From assembly GCA_024679065.1 (NCBI GenBank), contig JAGIQG010000011.1, positions 71,300,001-71,364,000 on the forward strand: a stretch of 64,000 nt of DNA, in the 5' to 3' direction. Below the pieces are notes generated by a model that was not told where the DNA came from, did not search any database, and worked only from the letters and a program-made list of their open reading frames with translations. A program made the position numbers and the translations under genes. Source of the DNA: Sphyrna mokarran (lineage: Eukaryota). Shown one piece after another: positions 1 through 13,661 of this stretch (position 1 is the stretch's first letter; each line of letters opens with the position of its first letter).

Positions 1-595
1 TGAAGTGTGAGATTTTGGTCTTCAGGGTTCCTCCTGACTGCTTCTTTAAGCTTGACGTAGAAGTTTGGATGGCTCGCTCAACTAGTCCATTAGATGTCAC
101 ACTCCTTCTAGATATCTTTGTGTTATTCTGGCTTTCGAGATGATTCTGAATATAGAAGCCTGTGTTTACCAGGGTCATGTGACCCTTACTCTGCAGATTG
201 ATCCTTAAAGGGAAAAATCACCATGATTGAGAAGCCAAGACATGGCAAAACAAGAAGGAGAAAATGCCAATAATGAATTAGCAGAACTATCAGCAGTATG
301 GGAAGGAAGATTTGCATAACAGGCAATATTTCCACGTGACTTCCAAGAATTCTTACAGCTGCAACATTACATTGGAGCAACTCAATCTGCCATGCCCAAA
401 CTAACCTTATCATGCATTTGCATATTCAATTCTTACCTATTGACATTTTATGTTGGGACTTTCCAAATAAGAACCAAAGACAAACAAATACTCACTCAAA
501 GTTAAAGTGAAATGTCAAGGCATTTACTTTATTTGTTTGTAGCTTGGGTTAGCATTATGCTCCTTTGTGATATCTTTGCAATGTTTCAGACTTGT

Positions 596-691
596 GGGCT
601 GGAATTTTACCATGCCATCCACCACGGGAATCAGAGCCGCATGGGATGGGATTTTATAGTTTCAGGACAAGCAAGGCTGTAAATTCCTACC
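596..691. mobile_element. Short MITE-like element (putative PIF/Harbinger-derived)
   Basis: Imperfect terminal inverted repeats gggctggaattttac ... gtaaattcctacc; same terminal style as other copies in the window. Confidence 0.5.
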
Positions 692-3600
692 TCTTAGTAC
701 ATCTTAAGGGCTTCTCATGTGCAAGTATTGTAGTACAAGTATTGACTGGGTCTAAGGTTTCATGGGGGCCTGTTGTGATTCAAAGGGTTGTTACCCTCTC
801 TGGGCTACAATATTGTGAACTTGGCCTGTAGTTGGTGATGGCCAGGACTGCAGCAATTGACCAATTTCCCCTCTAGTAAGTTTCCTGTCCCATATTTGGT
901 GTACCAAGTGCTTATGGTGGGAAGGAAATGGAAATTAATCACTTAATTTGTGCGTCTTTCTTCTAACTCTCATAAAGCACATGTAGCTCCCGATAAATCC
1001 AATTGATGTTTCTCACAGAACTCAAGTTGTTGAATAAGCATCCTCTGACCAATAGCCCGGGTTTTGAAAAATTCTGATTGTAATTCAGAAGATTATTGCT
1101 ATTTCCTTTTCATTGACTCTTCCACCATTGTGGGAAGAAATGCTTTTATTGATTGAGATCCTTGTGGACATAATAGGAAAGGCTTCCCTTGTACATTGTA
1201 TATGCTAAAATTGTAAGTGCATTTGTTAGAAATATACATACGATTTCAACACTTCCCCTCCAGCGCTCAACATCAGAATTTCTTTTTGAAAATCTGTTCC
1301 TTGCTGACGTGCTGAGGACTGAAGGGCCTTCACTGCCTGCCTCAGCAGTGTCTACTGCTCCTGGTGGTCCTGCAGAGGTTGTTGAGCTGCAAGCCAGCTA
1401 ATTATGTAGACAACTCTCAGGAGGCAGGTATGAATAGAACGTCCAGCCCATTGACAGCCCCTAAAATGGCTGCCACTCGTAAAATGATAGAGGGAACATC
1501 TGCCATCAGCGGCACGTTTCTTTCAAGCCAACAGCACAATTGGCAAAATTCAGCCATCAACATCTTTAAAGAACTGGATTCATAGGTCATTGAATTCACA
1601 AAAATGTCACAACTAGTACCAACCATTTATAGTTGGAAATATAAGAATAGGTGTCCTCCATCATTTGTGCAAATGGAAGAAAATGTTTCTACATTCCAGT
1701 CCAAAACATAATTTTAGATAATTTATCTTTCCCCTTTCAAGAGAAGAGTTTGGCTTTTAGGTACAGTGATGAAAGAATGTGATCATTAGACAGAAATGTC
1801 AACCATATCATGACAGTTGCATTACTTAAGGTTCTCAAGATCAGATTTGAGGGAGTTTAAAAACTGCTTTGAAGGATTCAAGAGAGTGGTAATGCCAGAG
1901 AAACCACGAGATCTCTATGTTCAAAATATTATCTATTTGCTTGATTTTTAAAAAAAACATTTACCTGAAGAGCAATAATGAGCGAATGATTCAATCTTAA
2001 TGAAATCTCTTTATTCAAAATTAGTCTGTAGATCACAGTGATCAATTTTGTATACTTTTACCACAAACGGGAAGAGTTAAAGATTTTATTTCCCCTTTCG
2101 GCAACTGCGTAATACATTTGGTTGTCTTGTGTTGCATAACATTCCTCTGCATGCTACTTTAATGCAATTCTTAGCCAATTAAAAATAAATAGGCTGGCAA
2201 ATCGATTAAAATGATACACAACAGAGCTTAACACAAATGTGCTAGAGAGAATTAAACCCATTGGAGTAGTTTGGTAAAATAGGGTTTGAAGGGTTAAATA
2301 ACAATTGCAAGATATATCTTTGGCTTCAGTTTAAAAAATACTCTTAGAACGGATGACTAATTAACCTAAGTAACTTTAAACAGATATTTTATTGACTTGC
2401 CCTCTTTAATTAAGTAGATGTATTTCAACCCAGGTGAAAATTATCTTTTGAATTCACAGTTTATGGATGTATCACAGTTTGTGGATACCACATTTTAATT
2501 GGTTTTCCTTATACAGTTGCTTAACAAATGTTAACTGTGCATTTTAATCATTTCCTATATTCTTCATGCACATAACAATTTACTGTGCAGTAGAAGTTAA
2601 ATAATTTTCTCTGTTACAAACTTATCTCAGGTACAGCATGACTAACAATCGGTATGGGCCATACGTCATGAATCTATATGGTTGAACCAAAGAATCAAAC
2701 CACCAGGTTAATGGCCAGTCAGTTTACATCCTTCAAGGCAAAAAAAAACAATTTGCAAAAATTAGTAACCATATTTGGAATCATTTAGAAGGTTAAACCT
2801 TTGTCATTTTGGCCATTTCCCTTCCAATCTGGGAAGGAACAATAAAGAATATTATCTGACTAATTTCCATTTTATTAAACAGTTCCAATCCCTAAGTGTA
2901 ACACTGACATTGTGTTGTGGAGGGGCAACGCATTTATAGAACACTAGTTCTGTTCATTTTTCAATACCAACTCTGGACTGTTTAGGGCAGGAATATTTTG
3001 AAAGCCATACTTTAAGTGGAGCATGTCCCATTGCATCAAGTAATTTTTTTCATTCTCCAGATGTTTATCTCTGATCTGGTGTTGCCAAACTAGCAGAATT
3101 TTATGCTGAATACTCCCACTTCTGAAAGACTATATTTTGACTGCCAAAATTCATTTTATGTACAGTCGCCGATCATCGTAAGCAAGAAAAAATATTTTGT
3201 CATTCACCTCACGGTTGGATTGAAAACATGATTTTTCTAAGTGAAGTACTGGGTCTTTGACCAATGTCTTCAGTCCACCAAATTATCTAGCCGTCAACAA
3301 GCTGCCATTATTTTGTTTATAGGCCGGGTCCTCAGGTGGATTTAGAGAACTCCTCCATGTCTTTCCAAGCTGTTATTCTGGAAGAGAATCAAGGCAGCTG
3401 TGTTTACTGCCTGGAACTTGGCATAAATTTACAAAAAAAAACTAGAATTTATATCATTCGGTATCACTGAGAGATCTCAAACCACCTGCCTATGTGACAA
3501 ATTCACCCTATTGTGAGCTCGTTGTTAATGACATCATGCAATAAAGTCAACAATTCATGTTGATGAATTGAGGTTTTATGAGCATTGCTAAAAGATATAC

Positions 3601-4316
3601 CCATAAAGGAAACATCACAGTACACTGCTTTCACCAATGAATCAGTTTTTTCAGAAATTAGAATATGTGAATCCTGACCTGCAACCCTAGAAATACATCA
3701 TATGGAACACAAGCCTTATTTTCATTAACCCTTGCCTGATGAAACCACTTAAAGGGTAGCATAGCATATTCTTGGAAAACCTGATGGAAACGGATCCATC
3801 CATTTTGCGAACTGATTTAGTTCACCAACATTGCTTCTTGTTAAACTACTGGTTTAGGTCTGACTGCCACTGAATACAGAAGATAATGCTTTGCTAGATT
3901 GTCCTATCTGCTGCTCAGCTTTGTGGTATGAGCTGCAAAAGCAATACTGAAAGGACATTTGTGCTGCCTTGCAAAACTGAAGATTGACTGAGCAAATGAA
4001 AGACAAAACCGAATTTTCAATTTTTCAGCCTATCTTCGGTTGTCTAAGATAGAAGGTCTATAATACTATGTAATCATACTTGAAAATGTGTATGTTGAAG
4101 TTCCACATTGTTTTATGTTTGAAATGTTTATTTAATCAAATCATATGCTGTTACGGCTCTGCTCTTGTGGCTGAACTTACTGATATCCCATCATGGTTTT
4201 CTGAAACATACTCAATCTTATCAACTGTCCTTAGCCAATGGAGTTTATTTTTGACATTAAAATTAAGTCAGATGTAACTGTTATTCCTTGCATTCTCTAG
4301 GTGTCAGCTGGAATAA

Positions 4317-6070
4317 CAGCAATATGCATTTTTTTTAGCACCTTAATGTAGAAATTTGTCCCAAGGCACAGCACACAGACATATGGAAGAAAAACAAACA
4401 TTGAACCAAAGAAGGCAATGTTAAAATAAGTGGCTGAATATTATTTCAAAGTAGTTGTTTGCAAGAAGGGTATTAAAAGAAGTGAAGCAGGTGGAGATGT
4501 GGGATAATTTAGGAAAAGAATTGTATAGTATGGGATCTAGGAGGCTGAAGACACTGTAACCAACAGTGGGGTTATTGGAAGGAAGCCAAAGTCAGAAAAA
4601 CAGAAGGTTTGATGTTATAAGTTTTAGTATTGAAGAAAATTACAGATACAGGAAGGGATGAAGCCATAAAATAATTTAAATGCAAGGAAATTAAAATTTG
4701 AGGCATAAGAGGTATGGGAACAAAAATGGGTCAGCAAAGGTGAGGTGATGGTTGAACAGGACTTTGCACAGGATAGGAGATGAGCAGCAGGATGTTGGAT
4801 GAGCTGAAGTTTATGGGTAGTGGACAGTGGGAGACTGGATTGTAAAGCACAGATATGATCAAGTCAGGGAATGACAAAAATATGGATAAGGGTTTCAGCG
4901 CCATCCCCACTGAGATGGCAATGGCTAATGTTATGGAAGTGAAATGGGGCAATCTCTGGGTCAATGGGACACTGAGGTTGCAAACAGTTTCTTCAGTTTG
5001 ACACAGTGGCCATGCAGAGCTGGTTATGGTAATAAGCTTGTGGCAGATTAAATGATTATAGTTTTAGTCCATCCCATGTTTAGCTAGAGAAAATTATTGT
5101 TTGCCCATGTCAGACACAGTTCAGAAGCCATGGACAGATAAATATGGTGTAAAAGGTTAGTCTTCTGGATGAGATATGTTGAAGTGGGAAATGGATGAGA
5201 AACTGGAAAGACAAGAGTGTTCAGTTCTCAGTTAGAAGGAAGGGAAGGTCTAGATAGAGAGCCAGGAGTAGCTTTGGCTTGGTGGGCAAAGCAACGAGGA
5301 AACAAAAGGAGAACATACAGTTATATCAAAACTTCATGAGATCTTTGGACTTAAGATTAGAGGCAAGAGGAGAGAGATTTAAGTCAGTTATTAGGAGCAG
5401 AGAAAATGTATTGGCGTTATCTTTCTTTTCAATGTGATACCAGTGTCATTGCTTGTTTTGTAAGAGGAGTTAACCCTGGGAAGTTGTTATGTGTCCTAAT
5501 CTAAGATTAAGTCACGAAGTCAAATGTGCATCATAGACACGTCTCCCCTACACACATACACACATCTAAACACCCACATACACATTCATGCATGCTCACA
5601 CGCACACACACGTGCGCGCGCGCACACACACACACGCACACACACGCACACAGCTCCCCATCCTACTTTGTACTCAAGAGATAGAGGACAAACCGGGGAA
5701 ATAGCAGGGGTAGGCAACAGTCAAGATTTTTCATAGAACTTGGGCATCAAAAGTGGAAATGAACATGGCCAAGAAAAGTAACAGCTTTGGAGGTAGTACA
5801 AAGAACCAAAGGATTGGCAGCTGAGATGGAGTAGAAAGTATTATTACAAGTTGAGTAGAGGAGGGTGATAGACATGGAAAAAAATAAGTAGTCAGTGATT
5901 ATTTTGTTAGTGATTATGACATAATAAGAAAGGCTAAAGAGATGGTAAAATTGAGGGCTTGGCCTTGAAATAGTGGTAGCAAAATTAAATGGAGAGAGAG
6001 GTTTATAGGGGAGAGAAGGAAATGAATTGAGGGGAAAGAAAGAAGGGAAGATGGAAATCACTGAGGTTAT
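4317..6070 (-). mobile_element. Degenerate L2-clade LINE, 3' portion
   Basis: Minus-strand translation near 4750-4900 gives AETLIHIFVIP*LDHICALQSSLPLSTTHKLQLIQHPAAHLL, resembling the L2 ORF2 C-terminal motif AETLIHAFVTSRLDYCNSLLAGLP...KLQLIQNSAAR. An L2-type 3' tail lies near 4317-4370 and the plus strand is purine-rich throughout. The right boundary is approximate. Confidence 0.75.
5550..5652. repeat. Imperfect (CA)n microsatellite with central (CG)n tract
   Basis: cacacataca...cacacgtgcgcgcgcgcacacacacacacgcacacacacgcacaca seen directly. Confidence 0.95.
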
Positions 6071-9000
6071 ATGTCTCCATATCAGAGGGTGATCTTTACC
6101 AATATAATGCTTAACTTTTTATATCGCTCAGTTGCAACGAATTAGTCATGCTATTTACAGTGAAGAGTAATGCAAATATTTTCATGAGAATGGATAGAAA
6201 TGATCAAAAAATGTAGTTAAGTTATACTAAGTAAATCTTCCCTAAAGCCACAGATATCATGAGCCACTTTTGAAATTTCTCACAGTTTCTGATCCTTTTC
6301 ACTATTTGACAAACATCTTTTAAAATGTAATGGCTCTCTCAAAATATATACACACCATCTTTGCTCTCACAAAAATAACATCTCCTAGGATGTAAAAATA
6401 AATAACCGCCACAAGAATACAATGTAGGAAACAATATGCTGGACCTTTTAAAATAGGAAGTGTACAATGCCAGGATGTCATAGACCAGTGATAAAGTGGT
6501 TGCTGTGTTTTTATTCTGTGTCCTCATATTTACTTTATTTGTTGAAAAAGTAACTATTTGTTGGTCCCATTGGGATATAACTTATCGGAATTTGGCACTT
6601 AAATTGGGAAACAGCTGTTCTCCAGCTAATGGCAGGTGTCCTATATTGGTGCAGTTTATGATTACCTAAACACTATTCATCTGCAATAATCTGTTTTCCT
6701 ATAACAAAACAGTTCATTTTTTGCAGCTAGTATTAACTATATGTTGAAATGGTCACAATGTGAACATACGCTTATCTGAAAACACCTTTTTTATCCTTGG
6801 CTATGCTACACGTGTACAGTGAGCATGCATTCTGTACAGTCACATGATTACCCCTGTAATGGAGAATAATAAGAAATCTGCTGTAGAACTGTTTTGTTTT
6901 CAATGTAAGGAATTTGCGGCACAGAAAAGAGAAAAAATTGTCAAGAATTAGCAACAAAAAATCCTAGGGTAACTCAATACTTCTGTTCTGTCACGTGATC
7001 CACTGTGATTCTGATACAGACAATTTATTCGACTCAAATGACAAAGTACGACGAGTGGGTTGAACCCCTCACTTTTATTTCAGTTTGATGACACTGGAAA
7101 TACATTCAATTTGGAAGCTTCTTCTGTCAGGAGCAATGATGCTTCAAACATTGTTATCAAGGTTTATATTTATTGTGAACCCTTCTCCCCACCCCACCCC
7201 CATCTCATTCAATGTGATCACATGACTAAATTGCAGGGCCAGCAGTGCTTGGTACCTTAAATCAAAGATTTTGCTTAATATGAGATAGTATAATATGGGG
7301 ATCGTAAATAATAACAATTACTACTAAATGCTGATGGAAAACCCATACAATTCAAGTCTTGACCTTTCATGTGTTATGTGAATTATTAACACACATGTAA
7401 TATAAATTGGTATTTCATGCTCTTCCTTACCATATCATTCCAAATCAAAAGAAACAGATGTAGGACTGAGTTCCTGCTCTTAACCTCGAACATATTGCTT
7501 GTACCACCAGAAGTTTCAATGAAATTAGATGCATCAAAACTTGTGATCACCTTTATTTCACAATTATTACATTGTTCCAAGTGACAGGCCCTCAAAAATG
7601 GATTAGATTTTGTCACCTTTGAGGGGCATGTCAATACAATATTGTTGTAACGAACGGGTGTATATCACTGATATATTAACTTTACATCTTTGGACCTGTT
7701 GGGTGTTTCTTTGTACATTAGCACAACCATATTGCCTGAAACTCATAATGCACTTTGCACATCAGTGTTCAATATTATTGTGCATATACCAAATAAACTA
7801 ATCTCACCTTTATTCTCTTATAAAGAGAATGTTGCATTCAAAAACAAAATTACAGCCATTAATACTACCCAAAATGTACTTTTTGCATCAATGCAAATGG
7901 ACAAATTTGGATTTTTTTGGGTGTTGGTTACCAAAAGAACATCAAATATGCATAATTGTTGAAAGTAAGTGAGTGCACCATTTCTAAACAGGAATAGTGT
8001 AATGTGCATGGAGATAGATTTTAACAACGTATCCATAATTTATTACAATTTTTCTTTCATGTTCATCTTAGTTTGCATAAAACTAATGAGTGAATAAATG
8101 TTATTCATCTTTAAAACATGCAATGATCAGCATGAAAATTCAAACTAAAGTCTAATCTTAACGAGACTGACTTTAAATTGTAAGCATAAAGATCATGAAG
8201 CATTTTAATTGAAGACAGAGCTGTGGATTTGATACACCAGCCAGGTATCATTCTGAGAGAGAAAATAAGTCTGTTGGAAAAGAAAGGACATTGGATAAAG
8301 CAAAGTTAATTTGAAAATGTGTAAAATGAGCTGCAATTTTGTGGAGATAGAATGGACAAATACTTATTCCACCATAGTGCTATTTTCATTAATGCGTATA
8401 ACATACCTGATATGTATAAAATGCAATCATATGTGCAATGTTGTTACAATGCACAGGCAAATAGAACTATTTGTGGGATTTTCTTTTTCCAATATGATTT
8501 CCGTTTACAATTTGATTCAAGTATTCAGTATTTAAAGTACTCTGAAAACCTAATGGCCAATATATTTTTATGTGCCTATAATAAGATGGGTAAGGATCTG
8601 GATTTATGTTATGGGTATACAAATACAGCAGCAATTGTACTTAGGACTTATAATTTATACAATACTCACTTAAAATGACATTGATATTCCAAATAAATTA
8701 CAATTTGTGGCAATGGTGAAGAGGATAGCATCTGATATAAAAAGAATAAACAATTCAGAAAACACAGAACCTAGAGAGGAGTCATTTAGAATGGGGTCGA
8801 GCTGTCCAGGGCCATCGAATGAATTCTTGTTGTATTATAAACATTGGTGTAATCAAGTAACAAAAGGTTGAAAGGTTGTAAATCAATTTAGATAGGTGAC
8901 CTTTGTTGCTCATGTTTCTGACCCGACTGATATGTCAACCATGGCAACCTTAAACAGATTTTGATGGAGCCAGTCACATACTTCATTTAAATTGCAGTTT

Positions 9001-10809
9001 AAAAGCACTTAGATTGGTCTTATTTGCATTCGACAAATGGGAATGTGATGAGCAAAATGATAAAATATCTGTAATATAGCATATCTGATTTTGCCAGCAA
9101 ATAAGGAGCTCTTGACTATGTTAAACTGGAGGAATTTTAAGCCAGAGATTGTGTTGCATTAAATATAAATGATCAAAAGTTGCATTGCAAAGACAATGTT
9201 CAAAAATATACTGGGAAAACAACAGAGTTGCATTACTTAAATATGTAATTAACAAATTTATTACAAATTCTTTGCACTTTTTGCACATTCAGCTTTCTGG
9301 GAAAATGAACATTAATTCACAATGGCAGAATGAAGCTAATTTCAACACTTTGGAGAAATGAATGCCTTTTTGTGCAGCATGTTACACTTATCTACATGCC
9401 GCATTATTGTAATAAGTACATTCAAGAATAATTTCTTTTCAAATATTTTTACAAATCTCTCCCTCATTTGCATGCAAGTAAGTTGTCAGCTTAAATCTTT
9501 GAAATGCAAAATGTATCTCATTTCTATATTTCATCAAGGGGTCTTTCATGTTTAATAAATTACAACTTAGATCCACAAAGACTTTGTTTTTCCCCAACTA
9601 AAAGCAAAAGGATATGGTTAAAATCTTAATCAGAACCTGCAAGGTTATTTGCATGTTGCTGATATTTGGCTAGATGAGGTTTAATTCCAGCAGGCTTATC
9701 CTAATGGCAAGGTTAAATTGCCTGAAAGAAAATAGTAACTTTATTGTAAATTGTGGAAAAAAAACATGCATTGCTGCTCCTGTTGGGATTATAGTATTCT
9801 GATTTACTCTTAGTTCCAAACAAAATACAATAACTGCATGTGTAATGTTTGGCAGGCTAACAGGTTTTCAAATTAAGCATAGTATTGGTTACAGAGCACG
9901 GAATGAGTTATCCCAGTTACATTTGAGAAAAATGTTTCTGGATGAACAAAGCGTATTTCCATAAAAATGTGACAAGTATTGGGTGTAAACGAGAGAAGAT
10001 TAGGCCATGAAAAACAAATACACTTGTCTTCTGTCACAGTCAGGATATCCTCTAAAAGGCTGAAGTCAGATTGCTTCTTTTTCAAAACTGACATGACTCA
10101 TGCACAATTGGCTCAGGACAACTTGTTTAGCTAACCTGTTTATCTGCTGTGTGTCAATGCAGATTAAAATTAATGAAACCTTGTGAGATGGAGTTACTTT
10201 AATACATATTATCTAAATTATGAATATTTACAAAGACTTTTAATAGCAAAATAGCATTGCCACACAGAATAACCAGGCTGCTAAGAAGTATCTTAATATT
10301 CTCATGAATTATTTTAAGGATTGCAGTAGCAAGATATTGATTGCTTAAAGAATAAAACAATTTAAATTTTGCTCTGCTTTGTGTTGGTACAATATTGCAC
10401 GTACAATATTATTTGGACTGAAAATAACAGTTCCTACAACAGGCAAGAGGTGTAGGATGTGTGAGGTAAAAAGAAATAAATCATTGTAGTCACAGAAACA
10501 GTAATCCTTGTTGAGCATTTTGAACTGATTGATATAAATAACATCTTTGCAGCCATCTGTCCAAAGAGGGACCTTTCCAGGCAGTGTTAAGCTGCAACGG
10601 CAGAATAATTAATGAATGGTGTCCTTTGTACTAGTAATAAAGACAAGACAAATTATGTTATAATCCAACTGCTGGTCATTTTTCAAAGCCAACTAAAATG
10701 ACAAATAAAAGTTCAGAGTACTGTATCTACTTAATATGCTGCATCTTAAATTTATTTTTAACTATACCAGTAATTTTTGTTTGAGAGTGATTATTCATAA
10801 AATGGCTGG

Positions 10810-11330
10810 GGCTAAGTTTGTTCGGAAAAAAATGTAATTATGAAAGAAAGTACTTTGATGTTTGCGTATATTAAATCATCCCCAGCATGCAGCCTGTAGT
10901 CAGCACACTGTAGTCTACATTGTGCTGAGGGACTAATGTTGGCACACTGAAGGGAGATGTCATCCAGCCCTTGAGCATGTTCAGCAAGTCCCAGTGCACA
11001 CAGGTTTATGAGGGCAGAGTGTGTCTGTGCGCCTGGAGAGTACACTAACCTCGTGGGCAGACGGGCAGGGTTGTTTTATGTCAGTCAGAGCTGGAATGAG
11101 CCACGTGTTGAAAAACGGGCCGAAATTAATGTCTGAACTCCGTTCAGCCGGTTCCTTTTCACTACTGGACGTGTTTGCATTAAAGCTGCACCATATTCGA
11201 GGAAAACAAGGTTTCTGCTCAAATTTAAAACTGCACTTCTGCCAAGATGTCATTTAAAGATCCCATAGCAATAGCTTTTGGGTGATGTCATTGATGGTTG
11301 ATGTCACCCTGTCATTTTGCATTTGGCCAA
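10810..11330. promoter_or_regulatory. Candidate conserved noncoding element / enhancer
   Basis: Repeat-free, non-coding, with about 10 CpGs in 11021-11200 against a CpG-poor background. It lies in an ARHGAP15 intron, a known CNE-rich location. Conservation was not tested. Confidence 0.55.
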
Positions 11331-11577
11331 TTTTGAGAGGAGAAGTGGGCGAATAACTTCCTAGTACCGCCTGAAATATCAAACAGATCCCTTTGCCAAT
11401 TGACCAGTTTATGCTTTTCTGGGTTGTTTTAATAATTATGTTGAAATGCCATTAATGAACAAAGCAACAAATAATGATCATGAAAATCAATTTGAAACTC
11501 AATTTCAGATCATTTCAGATTTTATTTCAGCCGCACTTTTAAAAAAGGGGTTTTTGCAGGCAAAAGAGTAACAGATA

Positions 11578-11680
11578 CCAAAATAGAAAATGATGGAAAA
11601 TCTCAGCAGGTCTGGCAGCATCTGTAAGGAGAGAAAAGAGCTGACATTTTGAGTCCAGATGACCCTCTGTCAAAGCTAAC
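11578..11680 (-). mobile_element. Short Penelope-type repeat (family B) with decayed hammerhead-like core
   Basis: Shares aaaatgXtggaaaa..tcagcaggtctggcagcatctgt.gagaga with copies at about 15380, 41400 and 47850. Minus strand reads ttgacaga-gggtc-atctg-gactc-aaaatgt. Confidence 0.65.
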
Positions 11681-12849
11681 TGAAAGTTTTATATTTTATA
11701 ATTTTAAGCTTTTAACTGATATAGAGCAACAAATCTCTGTGCGTGCATGTATGTTACTATTATATAGACTTCATCAAGTATTTGTCACTATGATATAACT
11801 TCCTAGGTAGATTCATAGGTATTACTGGAGCACAGTATCAAAAGTACATTGTGTTTGCATTTTGATTTAGTATCCATTTGTTTAATGTGGGAATGACAGA
11901 CTGGTGAAGGATATTGCTGGCAGGCCAGTCCATTTGAGGAAGACAAGAATAAGTCTTATTTGACACTTAGTAGCAAAAGAAGGAATGTGCATCAAGTTGT
12001 CTCCTATGATCATTGGGAGTAGTAATGTTTTCTATGGCTCCAGAAGACCACATGTTATCTGGCAAGACCAATCTTTAGATTTGGTTCTGTAAATCTCAAG
12101 ATTACAAACCACAAAAACTTCAAAAAAAATCAAAGTCAGATGTCTAGCACTCAAGTTGCCATACCCCCTAAACTATCCTACATACAGTTGATATTGTAGA
12201 TACGGTTGTAGGGACCGATCTTTACAAAGTGACAATATTGACATTCGAAGAATGTCAGGGAGAGAAGAAAAAGTCCTGGATGATGGATAATGAATTAAAA
12301 GAAATCTGTGCTGTAGACCTTGCCTGCACCTGCGTTTCTCCATTGAAGATCAAAGTACTTTATTCTATAACTTCATTTTATGGAAATAAAAAGATTCCTG
12401 TTTGTGCTCGAGGTTTAAAAATACAGCATGCTTTAGAAGATTTTTAAAAAATTAAATTAAGATTTATTTCCCATAATCTACTCTGCCGTTTGAGTAACCT
12501 ATTCCCATATAATCTCTTTTAGTCTGAAGCTAAGCCTCAGGTATATGTCTGCTGTCAGTCATTGTCAGCCAACAGGCTGTGTGGTACAAAGGCAATAAAT
12601 TGGACTATGACAGCTCCCCTGGTGATGTTTTGTGTATCTGAGAAATAACAAACCTCGAGTAAGTGAATTCCAACAACAGGCAAGCTTTGCACCTTGAACC
12701 TATGACCTGGAAGGATATTCTTTAAGCTATTACATGACCGCCTCATGTCATACAGTTGACCAGAGCGTAGGATCTATGACAGATTGACCAGATGATATTG
12801 CTGATATTAGTCTCCAAAATTGCTGCGAATCAAATATATTTTAAAGCTT

Positions 12850-13320
12850 TGAGGGCAGATCATGTTTACAGTTTGTTAACTGGGAAATCGGGCTGGAGGG
12901 AGCTGCAGGTTCTGACATGAAATTTCACTTGAAAAGACCATAACAGCAGTGCTCTATGGGAGGTGTTGCCAGTGCAATGGCTCTTTATGCCCATGTGGGA
13001 TTGAGTCAGTAGGCACAACAGCTGCACCCAAATCTGGCAGCAGGCAGCCAAGTGCCGGCTGTCACTGCTGGAGGAAATAGGGGACTAAAGTTGGTAGGTG
13101 CGGCGCAAATGTCTTTTGAAGTTTCATGTTATTTTAAGGTGTACAATGTTTCACATCATTTTCCAGAAGTTCCATTTAATAACACATGCTCGCCACATCA
13201 ACATGCATTATTATGAACTGCATCCCTGATCTGCGCGTTCTGCCAGGAAGCTGAACAAATTCATTGACAATCTGAACAGCTGCTATCATCAGCTGTTATT
13301 ATTCTACATTAAGCTGCCTT
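12850..13320. promoter_or_regulatory. Candidate conserved noncoding element / enhancer
   Basis: Repeat-free block with a FOX site (tgtttac), an AP-1 site (tgagtca), three cagctg E-boxes and several retained CpGs. Conservation was not tested. Confidence 0.45.
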
Positions 13321-13661
13321 TTTTTTTGCTATTTTTGTCAATTTTAATTGTACATTGTTTGAGATGGAGCTTGGAAGTAGCAGCTAACCCAGGTAAATTT
13401 ATTTGTATGCAAAAATGAGTTAGCATTTATCAAAGTGAGAATATCAGAATACCCAAAAGCAGGAACAATATAGGTTTATTCATCAATTCCAGCATCATTT
13501 CAGCCCATATTATGATCTTTTCTGAAGTTTTTATTCCCTCTTCATTCAATGCAACCTTCCTCCCTTCCACTCTCTGTTGAGTTAAAGATCTCTTCATTTC
13601 CTATGAAAGCCTCAGTTGAATTCCTCCTGTTTGCACTTTAATCCACAAGATGTTCCTCTGT

